A stretch of 64,000 bases of DNA, taken from positions 186,001-250,000 of the forward strand of contig CT868009.1 of the NCBI GenBank assembly GCA_000165425.1, in the 5' to 3' direction. Below, piece after piece: positions 26,468 through 39,926 of this stretch. Numbering within the stretch: position 1 is the first letter of the stretch; each line of letters opens with the position of its first letter. The DNA is from Paramecium tetraurelia (lineage: Eukaryota). The translations under genes and the position numbers were made by a program. The notes under the pieces were generated by a model. It had not been told where the DNA came from and searched no databases. It was given only the letters and a program-made list of their open reading frames with translations.

Positions 26468-26782
26468 TCACGTGAGTCGTTTTGTAAATGCTTCAATCAA
26501 ACAATTGCTAATAGAAGTATTGCATTTCTATCTAACACATCGATATAATAATCGAGTATTATCATTATCTACCAAACAATTATAGAATTGTCCTAATGCA
26601 TAGGGCATTTCTTAAAACCTCTAATAAATAGTGACACATTAAGTCAGATGTTTTTCACAGGTATCATTTGCTATGCATGTCCTCCATTCATCAGGACACT
26701 TATAGAAGACGCAATTATTGTCTGGGTCTGTTGGTTTTTGCAAGGCTACAATGGCAAAAACAAATGTCAAAAGGAATTTCAT
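26468..26782 (-). CDS. Small secreted cysteine-rich protein (104 aa)
   Basis: MKFLLTFVFAIVAL signal; CVFYKCPDEWRTCIANDTCEKHLTQC..NCL..RCVRQKC..NCL; intronless. Confidence 0.7.
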
Positions 26783-26842
26783 ATAAAATGCAAATCGATA
26801 TAAAATATATACACACAATTAATTAAAAAACAAAGAGTAAAT

Positions 26843-27869
26843 TCAAATTGAAATTGTGATTTATGAGACTTACAAATGCTCTTCTCTAGCATATTTTCTC
26901 TTCACAGCTGGATACAAAGTATTGTTTTAATTGTTGTAGTAAAGCTACAATAAATAAGTGGCACAATATTTTGATTCGTCTGTGATTTCCATTTCGGATT
27001 GAATTCCCAAAATTTTGTTAGACAAGAGCAATGCAGACTACGCCAGTTATGAAGGCATGTATTATAGGCTTTCATAACTATGCAAGGCAATCTCGAGGAT
27101 GTAGGATGACAATTGAAATTATTGGGTTTGAAATACTTTATTGTCTTCAATTTAAGTGTTTTCGATAACAGTAAATTCTAAGAATCTTAGAGGACTGATG
27201 TAGTTTAGTGAAAAGTTAACAGTATTCAGGATCTAGCCTTCCATTTGGAGTATCTCCTCCTTGGTGTAGGCTCTGTCACAGACATAGACAAAGTCTTTGA
27301 TATTTGGAGGGTAGATTTCTTCAAATTTGGACGCGATGAAGAGGGATGCGACTCCGACCAATTGGAGTTTGTTTCGCTTGACGATGTTGGCACTAAGGTA
27401 TCTGTCTATGAGGTTGATGGCTAGATAGAGACTGTTTGGAGACTAGAGAAGATTAGATGTAACAAAATACAAGTTTGAATTTCATGTGAACTTCTTCAAT
27501 CCAGTCGATAAGGATGGACCTCATTTTTTAATTGATGTCTTTTTAGGTTTGTTCCATAAAGCAGGAGTTAGGTAAGTAGTTACTCTAATTGGATAGATTG
27601 ATTGAATTTACTTATTCTTCTAAAATATATCGAAATATGTCCTTTCTATAATTGCTAATGAATTGTGGGTTGCTTAATTCTTCGTCTATTCTGCTACTGC
27701 TCAGACATGATTCATTATATTCTTCATCCATAGTGCTTCCTGATCCGCATGTTGATGTTCGTTAATGTTTTGGGACTTTTTCGAAGGTTACAGATTTCGA
27801 GTTTCTTCTTAAGGAATTATATAAGGTGTTGTTGTTTTAATCTTCTATTTAGGTAAGAGAGGCAATCAT
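26843..27869 (-). CDS. Cyclin A/B-like protein
   Basis: Cyclin box MRSILIDWIEEVH..LYLAINLIDRYL..KLQLVGVASLFIASKFEEIYPP..YTKEEILQME. Confidence 0.93.
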
Positions 27870-28364
27870 TGCAATTAATTTAAATTCGAATTATTGTTTT
27901 TATTTATTAATTTTGTTATTTCTTCAAATATTGGGGAAATGCCCAATTTGAATTTGAATTTCAAATTATGTTTTAATAACAGTTATTAAATGCTTTCCTA
28001 TTTCTCGCGCATATTCACTTTATTATCCAATCACAACGAAACCCATCAAAATTCTTTACATGATTCTTCAATTTTACAAGAACATTTTTAATAAATGCTA
28101 ACAATAGCTTAAAAAAAAGTATTTAAAAATATACAATAACCCCTTACCCATACAGTGTGTAATCATAAATTGAGACTAGACAAATTATATTTTTTCGAAC
28201 TTAGTCCCAATAACTATTCTTATATTGTTCATCAATTGAACGTCATAGATAATGCAATGAAGAATCATTAAATAAAATTAATATTTTCCTTCACTTATGT
28301 GAAAGTATGGTATGAAAATAATAATTCATATTTTTAATATCATTTATTATTCATTGTTCCACTC

Positions 28365-28640
28365 TCATTTGATCTCTCCACTTTCCAAACCATTAATCAG
28401 TTTCATTTTCATCAAAAAATTACTGTTTGGTGATCCATAGTGTGAAAAAATCGACTCTGGAGTGATAAAATTCATAGGGATTATCCTTATATAGTCTTAG
28501 GGCATAGGATGATCAGTAGATGACATTAAGAAGGGATGTGATAACAAAACAGCTGAAAATCCTTGGATTTGAGATAATTTATATTGTGATTAATAAAAGT
28601 AAGAAGGGGGTCGAGAAGATGAATGATGAAATGTGTTCAT
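28365..28640 (-). CDS. Short ORF or decayed gene fragment (91 codons)
   Basis: ATG..TGA open frame, but protein-like segments also occur in other frames; no recognisable motif. Confidence 0.25.
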
Positions 28641-28781
28641 AACATTTTATAAAAGTTAGAACAAGTTTAATGACATCATATTTGATTGATTACACATTAT
28701 TTATATCTAATCATTTTGGAATTAAATCCATACATCTTTGAATTAACCGATTTTTAAAAAAATATCTAATATATTTTGGAT

Positions 28782-31152
28782 ATGTTCATTTCAGCAGGAC
28801 AGCATAAATATAATTTATCAAATTATCTGAACCAACAGACAACATTGGCAGTTTTTCTGGGAGTGAAGGAAGTTGAAATTGACCAGATATAATAACTAAC
28901 AGAATAAATTTATAAACTCTCTTTCAAGTATTTTTCTAATTGATATTGTAAGGAACTCAAAGAAATAGATTAGATTCCACACCAAATCAGACATCTCTCA
29001 AGTCTAGGGAAACTAATTAGAGAAGGATTTTACAATTGCATAGAAGTTATGTGCTGCAAATATGCCTGTCCCCAAGGCATTATTTTATTGCAAAGATCAA
29101 TCGGTTCTCGGATTTCCATTTTATGCTACAGAATATGTTGAAGGGAGGATATTCAACATGGAACAACTACTAAATATTTCGCAGGCCAAAAAAAGATTAC
29201 TGTTCTAAGAGGTTTCTAAAGCTCTGGCTCATCTACATTCAATTAGCTTTCATTATCTCGGCCTTGGCGAGGTGGACCAAAACACCCATCATTACGAAAC
29301 ATTAAATAACAAGTTACATAACTTATATAAATAACATGAAACTAAGATATCAACCAATATGGAAGATCTTTTGTATTGGTTATCATTAAACACTCCAGTA
29401 AAATCTGATTTGGATAATCTTTGCTTGATACATGGGGATTTTTCACTCTCTAAAGTTGTATTCCATCCAACCAAACCTGCAGTTTTGGCTATTTTAGATT
29501 GGCAATAAGCTTAAATAGGTAATGCCTTCGTTGATTTGGCCAGTTTTGTTTTACCATACTACATTCCCTATTCAAATGGACAACATTAGGTTGATGGCTG
29601 GTTTGGAGTCGAAGAAATAATGGGTCAACCAAGTATCCAAGATGTATTATCAGCTTACTTTACCACGAGATCAAGTTAAACCATTACAGATATCAGATAC
29701 TAACTCATTTTGTCAATCGTGAAGTCATCAATTGATTAGCAAATCCACTATAAATAATACAAAGAAGAAAAATATTATGAAAATTCTCTCTTTTTAACCA
29801 AGGCTGGTTATGAGATAATCTCGGAAATGACTGAAGGAGATCCTTTCGGAATCAAAATGAGAGCTACAAATGATGGCTAAATATGGTCACATTGGCCTGT
29901 TTCTGAAAGATGCAAGAGTTATTATTATAGAATCAAGGATTTCATGAGAGATGAGGTTTTCCCCATTGAAAAGGCCATCTTAGACAAAGCCAGAGAAGTT
30001 CCAAGGTCTCTTCCCAACAAGCCAATTACAGAATTAGAAGAACTTCAAAGGAAAGCTAAGTCAGTTGGATTATGGAATTTATTTATTTTGGATCCTATGT
30101 ATGGAAAAGGCTTAACTAATCTTGAATATGTGTTCATTTCAGAAATTATAGGATTAAGTTTTATAGGCCATGTAGTTTTTAATTGTTTGGCACCTGAAAC
30201 TGGAAATATAAGATTATTGATAGCATATGGAACACAATATTAAAAAGAGAAATATTTAAATCCATTATTAGAAGGTAAATGCAAATCATTTTTTGCTATA
30301 ACTGAGAAGGATGTATCGTCTGCAGATTAAGATAATAACAAGTTCACTATAACTCCTACAGATGGAGGGTTCATTCTAAATGGTGGAAAGTGGTTTGTCC
30401 AAAATGCTGCTGATGAAAGAGCAATTTTTGGGATTGTGGTTGGTAAGTCATCCTCGCATACAAATAACCCTAATGAGACATAATCAATGATTTTGGTTGA
30501 AATGAACAATCCTAAGATACAAATAACTAGACAGTTCTCTTCTCAAAATTTCTATGATCTTCCTCACAGTTATTCTGAAATTCAATTCAACAATGCCTTT
30601 ATTCCCAAAGAAAATCTATTAGGACAACTTGGAGGAGCAATAAAAATGATTGAAGATAGATTATTGGAAGAGAGATTAAATCATTGTGCTAGACTTAATG
30701 GACTAACTAGGAGGAGCTTAGATTTAACATTGTCAAGATCTGAGAAAAGAGTAATATTCAAAGAAAAATTAAAAGATAATGCTGCTTTTCAAGAGAAATT
30801 AGGAGATCTGGAAATTGCATATCAATCATGCAGATTATTGTGTTTAAATGCTGGATTATTGTTGGATTCAGTTGGAAATACACATTTTAATGCGTTCCTG
30901 GCTGTTAGTGAATGTAAGGCTCACATTCCAAAAGCTAGTCAGTACATCTTGGATTCATGCATGCAAATATTTGGGGCTGAGGGAGTGACTGAGGAATAAC
31001 CATTGAGTCTTATTTTGCGTCTGGCCAAGGCTCTTAGATTTGTGGATGGACCGTGTGAATTCCATCTTAGACAGGTTTCTAAATTTGTTTATGGAAATCA
31101 CATATTCAATGATCTTAACAATGCTCAAGGATATGGATTAGCAAAACTATGA
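28782..31152 (+). CDS. ACAD11: ACAD10/11-like protein: phosphotransferase (APH-like) domain fused to acyl-CoA dehydrogenase, PTS1 AKL
   Basis: PVPK..D.SVLGFPFY..EYVEGRIF, IHGDF, ILDW; KAKSVGLWNLF, GLTNLEY, FNCLAPETGN, NGGKW, CMQIFGAEGV, LRFVDGP; ends AKL-TGA. A 25-nt intron near 28928-28952 restores the frame. Confidence 0.88.
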
Positions 31153-31310
31153 TTTATTTTATAAATAACAAATAAAATCTGACCTTATAAATTAATCCAT
31201 TCTAATTTATTTCAAGATCGTATATAAGTTTTTTCAAATTATAAATAGTATAAACTGAGCATTTATATTAAACCATTTCCCTTAAATTATTTATTTAAAT
31301 CTTTATATCG

Positions 31311-32444
31311 ATGAGCACAGGACTTGCTAAACCTAAAAAACTGAAACTCACAGATTATGAAGTCTTTCAAACCTTGGGTACTGGTAATGAAAAAATTGAA
31401 ATGCTGAATTTTAGGTTCATTCGGAAGAGTGAAACTGGCAAGGAATAAACAAACCAATAAATATGTTGCCTTGAAAAGTCTAAAAAAAGCAGAGATCATC
31501 AGACTCAAACAAGTTGATCATGTGATTAATGAAAACACCATATTGGGAAATTTACAGCATCCATTTATTGTATTATCGATCATCAATTTTAGGTAACTTT
31601 TGAAGGCTTCTGCCAAGATCCAAGATATCTCTATTTAGTCTTAGAATTCGTGTCTGGAGGAGAGTTGTTCACTTACCTAAGAAGCATCGGAAGACTCGAT
31701 ACTTCACATGCAGCGTAAACATACCCAACCATGCCCTAGTTTTTATGGTGCCCAAGTTGCCTCCATGTTCGAGTACCTGCATTCCAAGAACATCATCTAC
31801 AGGGATCTTAAACCAGAGAACTTATTGATTGCAGATGATGGATATCTCAAATTAACAGATTTCGGCTTCGCTAAAGTTGTAGAGGGAAGAACCTATACAT
31901 TGTGTGGAACCCCAGAGTATTTGGCTCCAGAAATTCTATTGAACAAAGGACACGGCAAGGCTGTCGATTGGTGGACTTTGGGAATTTTAATTTATGAAAT
32001 GAATGCAGGAATCGATCCCTTCTCAGATGAAGATCCCATGGCCATTTATCAAAAGATCTTGAAAGGCAAGGTTAAATTCCCAAAAAGCTTTGACAAGTAA
32101 TCATTATGTCTTAAATCTAAAGGAATGCAAAGTCTTTGGTCAAGCATTTACTTGTGGCTGATCTTTCTAAAAGATATGGAAATTTAAAAAATGGTAACAC
32201 TCTCATTTCTAATCTAAGGCGCTGCTGATGTTAAAAATCATAGATGGTTTGCAAGTCTAGATTGGAATCTCCTTACTCAAAAGAAATTACCCGTTCCATA
32301 TAAGCCAGTTGTGAAGTAATTGCCCCTTTCTCATTAATTTTACTTAGAGCTCCAAATGATACATCCAATTTTTCATCCTACCCAGAATCCGACACCCAAA
32401 GCCCTGCTCTTAAACCAGCAGACGATCCCTTCTTAGAATGGTGA
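31311..32444 (+). CDS. PKAC: cAMP-dependent protein kinase catalytic subunit
   Basis: [59 protein letters not shown] and DDPFLEW; six mini-introns. Confidence 0.96.
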
Positions 32445-32791
32445 TTAATAGAGCATTATTCATTATAATAAATTCAACTATGTATTCTCAATATATATAT
32501 GTTTTATGATTAATAAATTAACAATATCTCAACAATTTAAACTCTACTTTAGCAATAAGAATAACCTGGCCAAAATCCACATTAGGTCATATTTAATTAC
32601 ATTTTTAACAACCCTACTTTAACATCATGATATTTTATAAAATCCCCTTTAAAAATTCTAGACCTTGTCTTGGTGGACCATTTTCACACCCATTAGACAT
32701 TTATCATGGTATCAATATTTATTCGATTCTTAATATGTAATCGAAATTAATAATTAATTATAAATTAATATGCACCTCATTAATTTTATTT

Positions 32792-35700
32792 TCAAATTAT
32801 ATTCATCTCTTCTTCCTCATCCTATTCTTAAATTCTTATGCATTGCTTTTTCTAAGTATTGCTTAATTTGTTCTAAACTTTGATTCCAGCCTATACATTT
32901 TGCCACTTGATCCTCAACATCTCCCTATTTCTTTCCAACATCGATTATTATACCATCTACTCTTTCTCTTTGGATTCTTGATATTCTCTAAATAGTCTTT
33001 CAACATTAGTTAATTGATCTTAAATATAATGACCCTTTTTCAATTCTAATTGTAAATTGATTACAGATTCTAAATAAATTCTTATTTATTATATATCTTT
33101 CATTGTTCGAGACTGTACTCTAGTTCTCAACAGTTCACTAAATAATAGATAATAATAAGTACTCTTATAGCTTATATGAATATATCAATTAACTCTTCCA
33201 ATTTTTATCATAATTGACACATTTTAAGACAGAAGAGGGTAATTAATAGTATTAAATAAATCGTACAATTTTTGGATTAGATATTAGCTCTACCTTGGAA
33301 TTCTTTTTAATGTATTGCTTATGCTTAAGATATGATTGTAAAATCCTTTTTCCATAAATTCTGAATTTCTCAGCTAATTAGAGATGCAAATCCCATTTAT
33401 CTAAGCAATCTTGATACATTGTTATATTTTGATTATCATTCACTTTGTTTTGGATTACCTACAAAGAGATGAATTTTTCATCTAAATAATCAGTTACAAT
33501 TAACAATTCTTCCTCTGAAATTAGTTTAGCTCTTCTTGATTCTAAATTTGAATTTAAACAGGATGCAATATTCTTCAATTAAGGCTTGACATTATAAGGA
33601 GAGAAAATGTTTTTTATTATAGTCTACAATTCTTTGGGAATAGTGAATAAGTTTAAAGTTATAACTATTAACAATAAATAGCCACTTGATTCGTAAGATG
33701 GTGAATTGCTAGATTGGATATAATTCGATAAGCAATTCAAATACTCTATCATGACATCATAATTTTTCAAAGGAAATTCAGTATTTTGCTTCACTGTATA
33801 TTCATTTTCGACATCTTGATCTAAAAATTCTAAGTAGTAATCAGGAATAACAATTGTTGTTAAAACATCTTATGCCAGTATTAATTTAAGTCCAATTCGT
33901 ATTAAGTGGTTACTCCATTCATCTAGATACAAATTTTACTCACAAAAATAGCAATAATCCAAAAAACACGCAACTAAGTCTTCAGTTATGTTATAATTTT
34001 GGCATTCTAAAAATTCGATATATTTTAAATATTTCTTTATTTAAGACTTTTCTTCAATCGATTATATGGAATAAATAGCTAATGGGAGATTATTTGAAAA
34101 GTTGCTAAGATTAATTGCTAAAATTAAATATGCATGTTATTCCTAACCGAAACTTTTAAAAGCTTACTAAAATAAAATTGTACATTAATAAATAACAGAG
34201 GTTGAAATTGAAAATGCCAAATTTACTGAATTTTAATTGGTTTTTAAAAGATAATCATAAAACTATTTTGGTCCACTTTCATTAATTACTGAAAGAATAG
34301 AATACTCATCCTACTCAATAGAATTATTTATTGTAGAATCTTTTTATTTTTTAAGTTGATTCTATAGATTAATATTATGTTAAATGCATGACCAAAGCAC
34401 ACTTTATAATTATTAATGTTTTATTTATTTAATTATGAATGCCAAAGGAGTTTAACAATTTTATTGAAGATCTTACTAATATTCAAAACTTTTAAGTTCT
34501 TATATGTTAGTTCTGCCAAAATAGTTTGATATATATATTAATAATTACTCAAAAGGTATCATAAGATATTCAAAACTTGAATCTGCAAAATAGATTTACT
34601 CATTTTTTATATTTTTCAATAACTTAGATTACACATTCAATAAAACATATTATGAGTAATTGTTCATAATTTCTCCTTATGGAAAGGAAAACTTAAATAA
34701 AAACTGAATAGCGTCTATTAAATTTTAATTCCAGCCAATGCTTTTAACTTGATTTATACAATAATATAAGATATTTATTAAATTAGTCCTTTATTCCAAA
34801 GTTGCATCTTCTGATGATATTATACCACAGCATAATAGATAACTTAAAATAATAGATTCTAATTGTCTCAACTTGTTTTCAAAATCTAAATTTTACTCCT
34901 TAAGTTTTGCATTACATATTATTTAGTTGATTTTTTTAAAGTTAATTATATCACCTTAAGTTATGGAATTCGTGATTTAAAATATCTAATCAATCTAAAC
35001 TAATTTTATTTTTTTATCTATGAAGAATTATTCAACTTATAACAAGTATTAACTCTTCATTAATTAGAATTTTTAATCTGATTTTAATGAATTATCTCCT
35101 CTTTCCTTTTTCATGTGTTATAAAATACTAATTAAATCTGAATGGTTATTAAAAGACAGACATAAATCTTTAGAGTTTTGATAATTCATTTAAAAGATTA
35201 TTTATTTCCAAAAACCAAGTCCAATTAAATCTTAATAGCATTTAAGACCAAAGCTATTATCACAATCAAGATAATCTTCATATTTGAATTTAAGAATCTC
35301 AGGATTTATAGCATCAAATATGTTTTATAGTGCTTAATGAGCTATTGAGGCTTAATCTAATAAGTGCTTTCGCTTTAATGTATTTCTAATCATCTGAGTA
35401 TCTACTCTCATAGAATTTTTATAAATTGGTGTATATTTTGAAGCTAGAATAACTAAATACTCTCCGATTTAATGTAAAAGTTTATATTAATTGCAAATAT
35501 AAATGCATAACTTATAGTTTTAAAACTTCTCTAAAAGACTCAAAGTTAATTTGATGGTATCAATATCAATTGTTTTAATAATCTTCGAATAATCTAATTA
35601 ATTTCCAAATTTTTATTGGATATGGATTTTAAAGTCTTCCGAAATTTATCCCAATAATTAAATTATTTAAATTAATGTTGAATCATTAAGAGTGACCGTT

Positions 35701-38700
35701 TTATTCTAATTTTTTATAAAACTTGTTAACTCCACTTAATTTAATAATAATATTTTATTTTCATTTAATGATTGAACATCAATAGAAGCAATAGAGGAAA
35801 TCAATTATACTTTATCATTTTAGATCCATTCATCATCAGGGTCATAACTTGACAGATGATCAAATGAGTCACTGTTAATTACCTAAAATGATTCTGAAAA
35901 GCTGGATTAATTTTCGATTCTACTTTGTTTTGAATTTCTGAATTTAAACTCTAATTTTTCACTTCTTTAAGATAATTCTGAATTACACACTTAAAAACTC
36001 TCTGACTGTTCTTCAATTTCATTAGCAAGCACCTCATTTTGGATCTCAATTCCATCAAGTATTTATTATAAAACAATTGGAAAGTATTTAGTTAGATATA
36101 TTTGGTATTCTTCTTTCGATAAATCATCTTAATGTTTTAGAATTAATTCCACTACTTTATTGTAATTGCCTTGCTATATGTAAGATTCTATTGATCTCCT
36201 AAGGTCTTTAACTTCAAGGAACAGTTATCCTGCTTCTTCGTATTCCCTACAGAAATAAGCAGCTTCAGCCATTTCCATTTTAGCATTTAATTATTTGTAT
36301 AACCTATAAGCATTTTTATACTTTTTCGCTGAAAAGTAACATTGTGCGGCTCTGTTTTATATATTCAACTCTTCAAAAATCAAGGCAGCTTCATAAAATA
36401 AATGTTCTGCGTTTTCTGTTAAAGTTGCTTAAGTAGCTAATTAATAAGCTTATGCTTTTTTTTCTAATTGATAGTCTTTAGCGAATTTAAAACATCTTTT
36501 AGCTTATTCATAATTATTCACTCTAAAAAAGTTTAATCCTTAATTTCTCCAATTATTCTTGTTGTCGAATTATTAACTAAAAAGGATTTCAAATTCTTAG
36601 GCATCCTCAATTTATGTTGTGTAGATAACTTCAATGACTTACAGATCTTCCCATAATTTTTGAATTGTTTTTCTCTTCGTGTAGTTATTATCATAAATGA
36701 TGATTTATCTTTTTGCTCTTGAGAGAGCCACATACAATAATTTGAGTTCTTAACAAAGTGTTTAGTAGTTCACAAATTTATCAATATTATCTGATAAATT
36801 TTATTATTAGGTATTCGGTATTAAGAATAGCTTTTTCATCTCAATACTATAAATAAATTCATGGACCAGAAATACATTTTAATCTTGTTTAATTTTAACG
36901 TCAACGTCTTTTATTTAAAAGTTTTTCAAGATATTCCAATCATCTGAAGTGCAATCGCTATCAGTAAAGAAATTAAATAAAATGACATCATCAAATTCTA
37001 ATCCTTTTGCTTCGTAAATTGTAAGTATTAAGGTTTATTAAAGTGAATCTGGCACCTTGGGTTTAGATTCTTGATCTCTTACAATAATCACTTAATTACT
37101 TCCAAAGGCAATCTAATTTGATTCAATCTTGAAATTCTTTTATAAATAGTTCAGTAATATTTGTTGATCTTCACTTTAAATCACAATTGGTTTCGGACCT
37201 TGTAGACACGATCTTTCCTCCTTATCAAATACATCGATTTTATAAGGAAATAATAGCTCTATCATCCTTATTAATGAATTTGTTAACTGTAAGATTTAAT
37301 CATGAAATCTAAAATTTTGAGGCAATTTGAATGTGGAGATCTCGTTATTTCTATATTTTTTCTTTAGGTTAGAATCGTTCAAGAGATTTCGATATTCAAC
37401 AAACTATTATCCAGTACCCTTTTAAATATTTTAAGCATTATCTCCACAACAAATCAATCCAAAATCTGCAATTGAATTTAACAATATGAAAATGGCATTT
37501 GGAATATCTTGAAGTTCATCCAAAATTAAGTAATGTACATTCTCTAGTACATCATTTCCATATTGTAACTCATAATTTATATGGTTTACGACATCCAATA
37601 GATCATAATAACCTACATTCTATTTAATCATTTCATAATTTTCAAAAGCTTTATATAAAAGTTTCGTATACTCATCTGATAATACTTTGTGATAATAAGA
37701 ATAGTTGTCATAATTCATATATTTATTCGGATATTCATAAGAAGTAGCATGACCTTTAATTTTTGACATAATCTCATACCAAACCAAAGCTGGATCTAGT
37801 TTCTTAATGTCTTAATTTTAATGCTCAATTTTTTTAACTATTTTTGGCCACATCCAATTTAAAAACAAATCAAAAGTCACTTCTTGGGTATTGTTATAAA
37901 CGATAAACTCCTTATCATCATAATCTTTTATTTTCTTTTATAGCTTCTCACAACTATGCTGGCTTGATTGATTTAATGAAACAATCCCTATCTGTTCGTT
38001 GTGCCATTGAGCAGAACAATGCTAAGTTTAAGTAAATTTGAAATAAGGGTTCAGAAGAGAAGCATCAATAGAAAAAATAAGTTTCCTTAGAGTTAAAAAT
38101 GCTGGATATTCGGTTATATCACTCAACTTCTAAAATCTACCCATCTTTTTTTCATAATCATCCATTTCATCTTCATCAGTATCTGAATTATTCTCCTTGG
38201 CCTATGACTCTTGAAGTTCATTAATTATCTCATAAAAGCTTTCCTCTTCCATTTCATTAGATTCTGCTTATTCTTCTGGTTTTTTCTAAAATTTGTCTTT
38301 TATCAACTCTTGAAAATTTTCAATTAATTGCAGATAATTTTATTTAATTTACCATGCCAACAGAGGACTGGCTGTTACAAAAAGTATTTTTAAGGTAAGT
38401 TTATCTTTCTGTAGATATTATTAACTTTGAGTTTCTTATTTGATTTAAGAATTAATATATGCATTTGATGTTTTTAATTGCTACCTTAGATTAAACAATG
38501 CGTCTAGAATAAATACTTTAAATAAAGCACAAGTTGTTTTACCAGTTCCACTTCTTCCCAAAATAAATGTAATGCCTTTCCAAACAATTGCTTATAATTA
38601 TTATTCTGTTATTTTATTCTTGAATTTTGGTAATTTTGATATTAGTTTACTGATCTATGATGCTGAAGGAAGGCAAATATATTCCTTTATCAAATAATAA

Positions 38701-39594
38701 TCGGCAGTTTAAGCATTAATTTTCATAATCTTTTTCTGAATTGATTCATATAATTTCTTTGTCATCCAGGTTTTTGTTTGGTCATCAAATATATACAATT
38801 GGCTATCCAATTTTATGGTTTCAAATGATCTAGGTGAGATGAGTAGATTTCTATTTCTTGTTTTGATTCCTATTTTGATTTCACTTGAAATATGACAAGA
38901 CCTTTGCTTTTCTTTGATCAATTTAATATTTAACAATACATCATTAGATTTCAACTATTGATGAAGGTTATCGTCTAATATTGTCTAAGATTGCTTTATT
39001 AAATAATCATTGTTTCCATAAGATTCGTTAATTGAATCAATAAAACGCATTTTATGAATAAACTTAATCTATTCTAACTGCCCTGATGAATTGGTGATGT
39101 ATTGTTTTTCAGGCAAAATTAATACAATGATTTATAAAGAATCCAATGGAAATAAGCTGGCAACAAAAGCATATTAAAAAGGCAATTTTAAACTACCGCA
39201 ATTTAAATACAATATCTTTGTATATTCCTTATTTTCTTCATTAAATCTGCCTTATAATAGGTAGGACAAAATTAGCATTAATGGAATACAATAGTAAGTT
39301 CTGATTTTGCTAATGAATGTTTCTATCTTAATTCATAACCGTACCCGTTAAATCGAATTCCCAAAGACGATTAGGGAATAACTGATTGATGTTTACAGAT
39401 TTTAAAGTCTGATCTTGGTATTCAGCTTAGAATTTAAATTATCTTAAATATTGGATCACAAATTCATGAGGATGCTCAAATTTTTATGTATTCTAATTCA
39501 ATTATTCAATAATTGCCAACAATTTGCTTTCATATTAAAGCCGATTTTCAGTGTACAAATTAAATTGATCCTCTTTTAATTAGCATTCACTCAT
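32792..39594 (-). CDS. Large UvrD-like SF1 helicase with TPR/helical C-terminus (TRANK1/LBA1-like), about 2200 aa
   Basis: GRSGTGKTT (about 38530-38560), LILDELQD, CGDNAQNI, LPQNFRFH, FGSNQVIIVRD, LTIYEAKGLEFDDVILFNFF and LCQELKLLYVALSRAK, followed by TPR-like NNYEQAKRCF. The start and first intron (about 39322-39343) are uncertain. Confidence 0.85.
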
Positions 39595-39900
39595 TCAAAT
39601 GATGTATTTTTATTAAAGAATTAAATATATCATTTAACAATGCTATAATGTAATTGTATGTATGTTATTAAGTTTCTTATAAAATATATTCAATTTTTAA
39701 TGATTTTTATAAACAATCTTCATAAAAATATTTGTTTTTTGTTAAGTTATTTCATTTTATATTGTTGATAATAATTGGATTGCAAGTGCTCTTTTTAGGC
39801 AACACTAAAATAAACACTCAAAAGCAATGTAAAATCAAGATAATTTCTGACTTTTTTGCCCTTATAAAGATAAGATCATTTTAAAGTATATGCTTATGGA

Positions 39901-39920
39901 TTATATTATATTATATTATA
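39901..39920. repeat. (TTATA)4 microsatellite
   Basis: ttatattatattatattata, just upstream of ATG 39927. Confidence 0.7.
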
Positions 39921-39926
39921 AAAATA

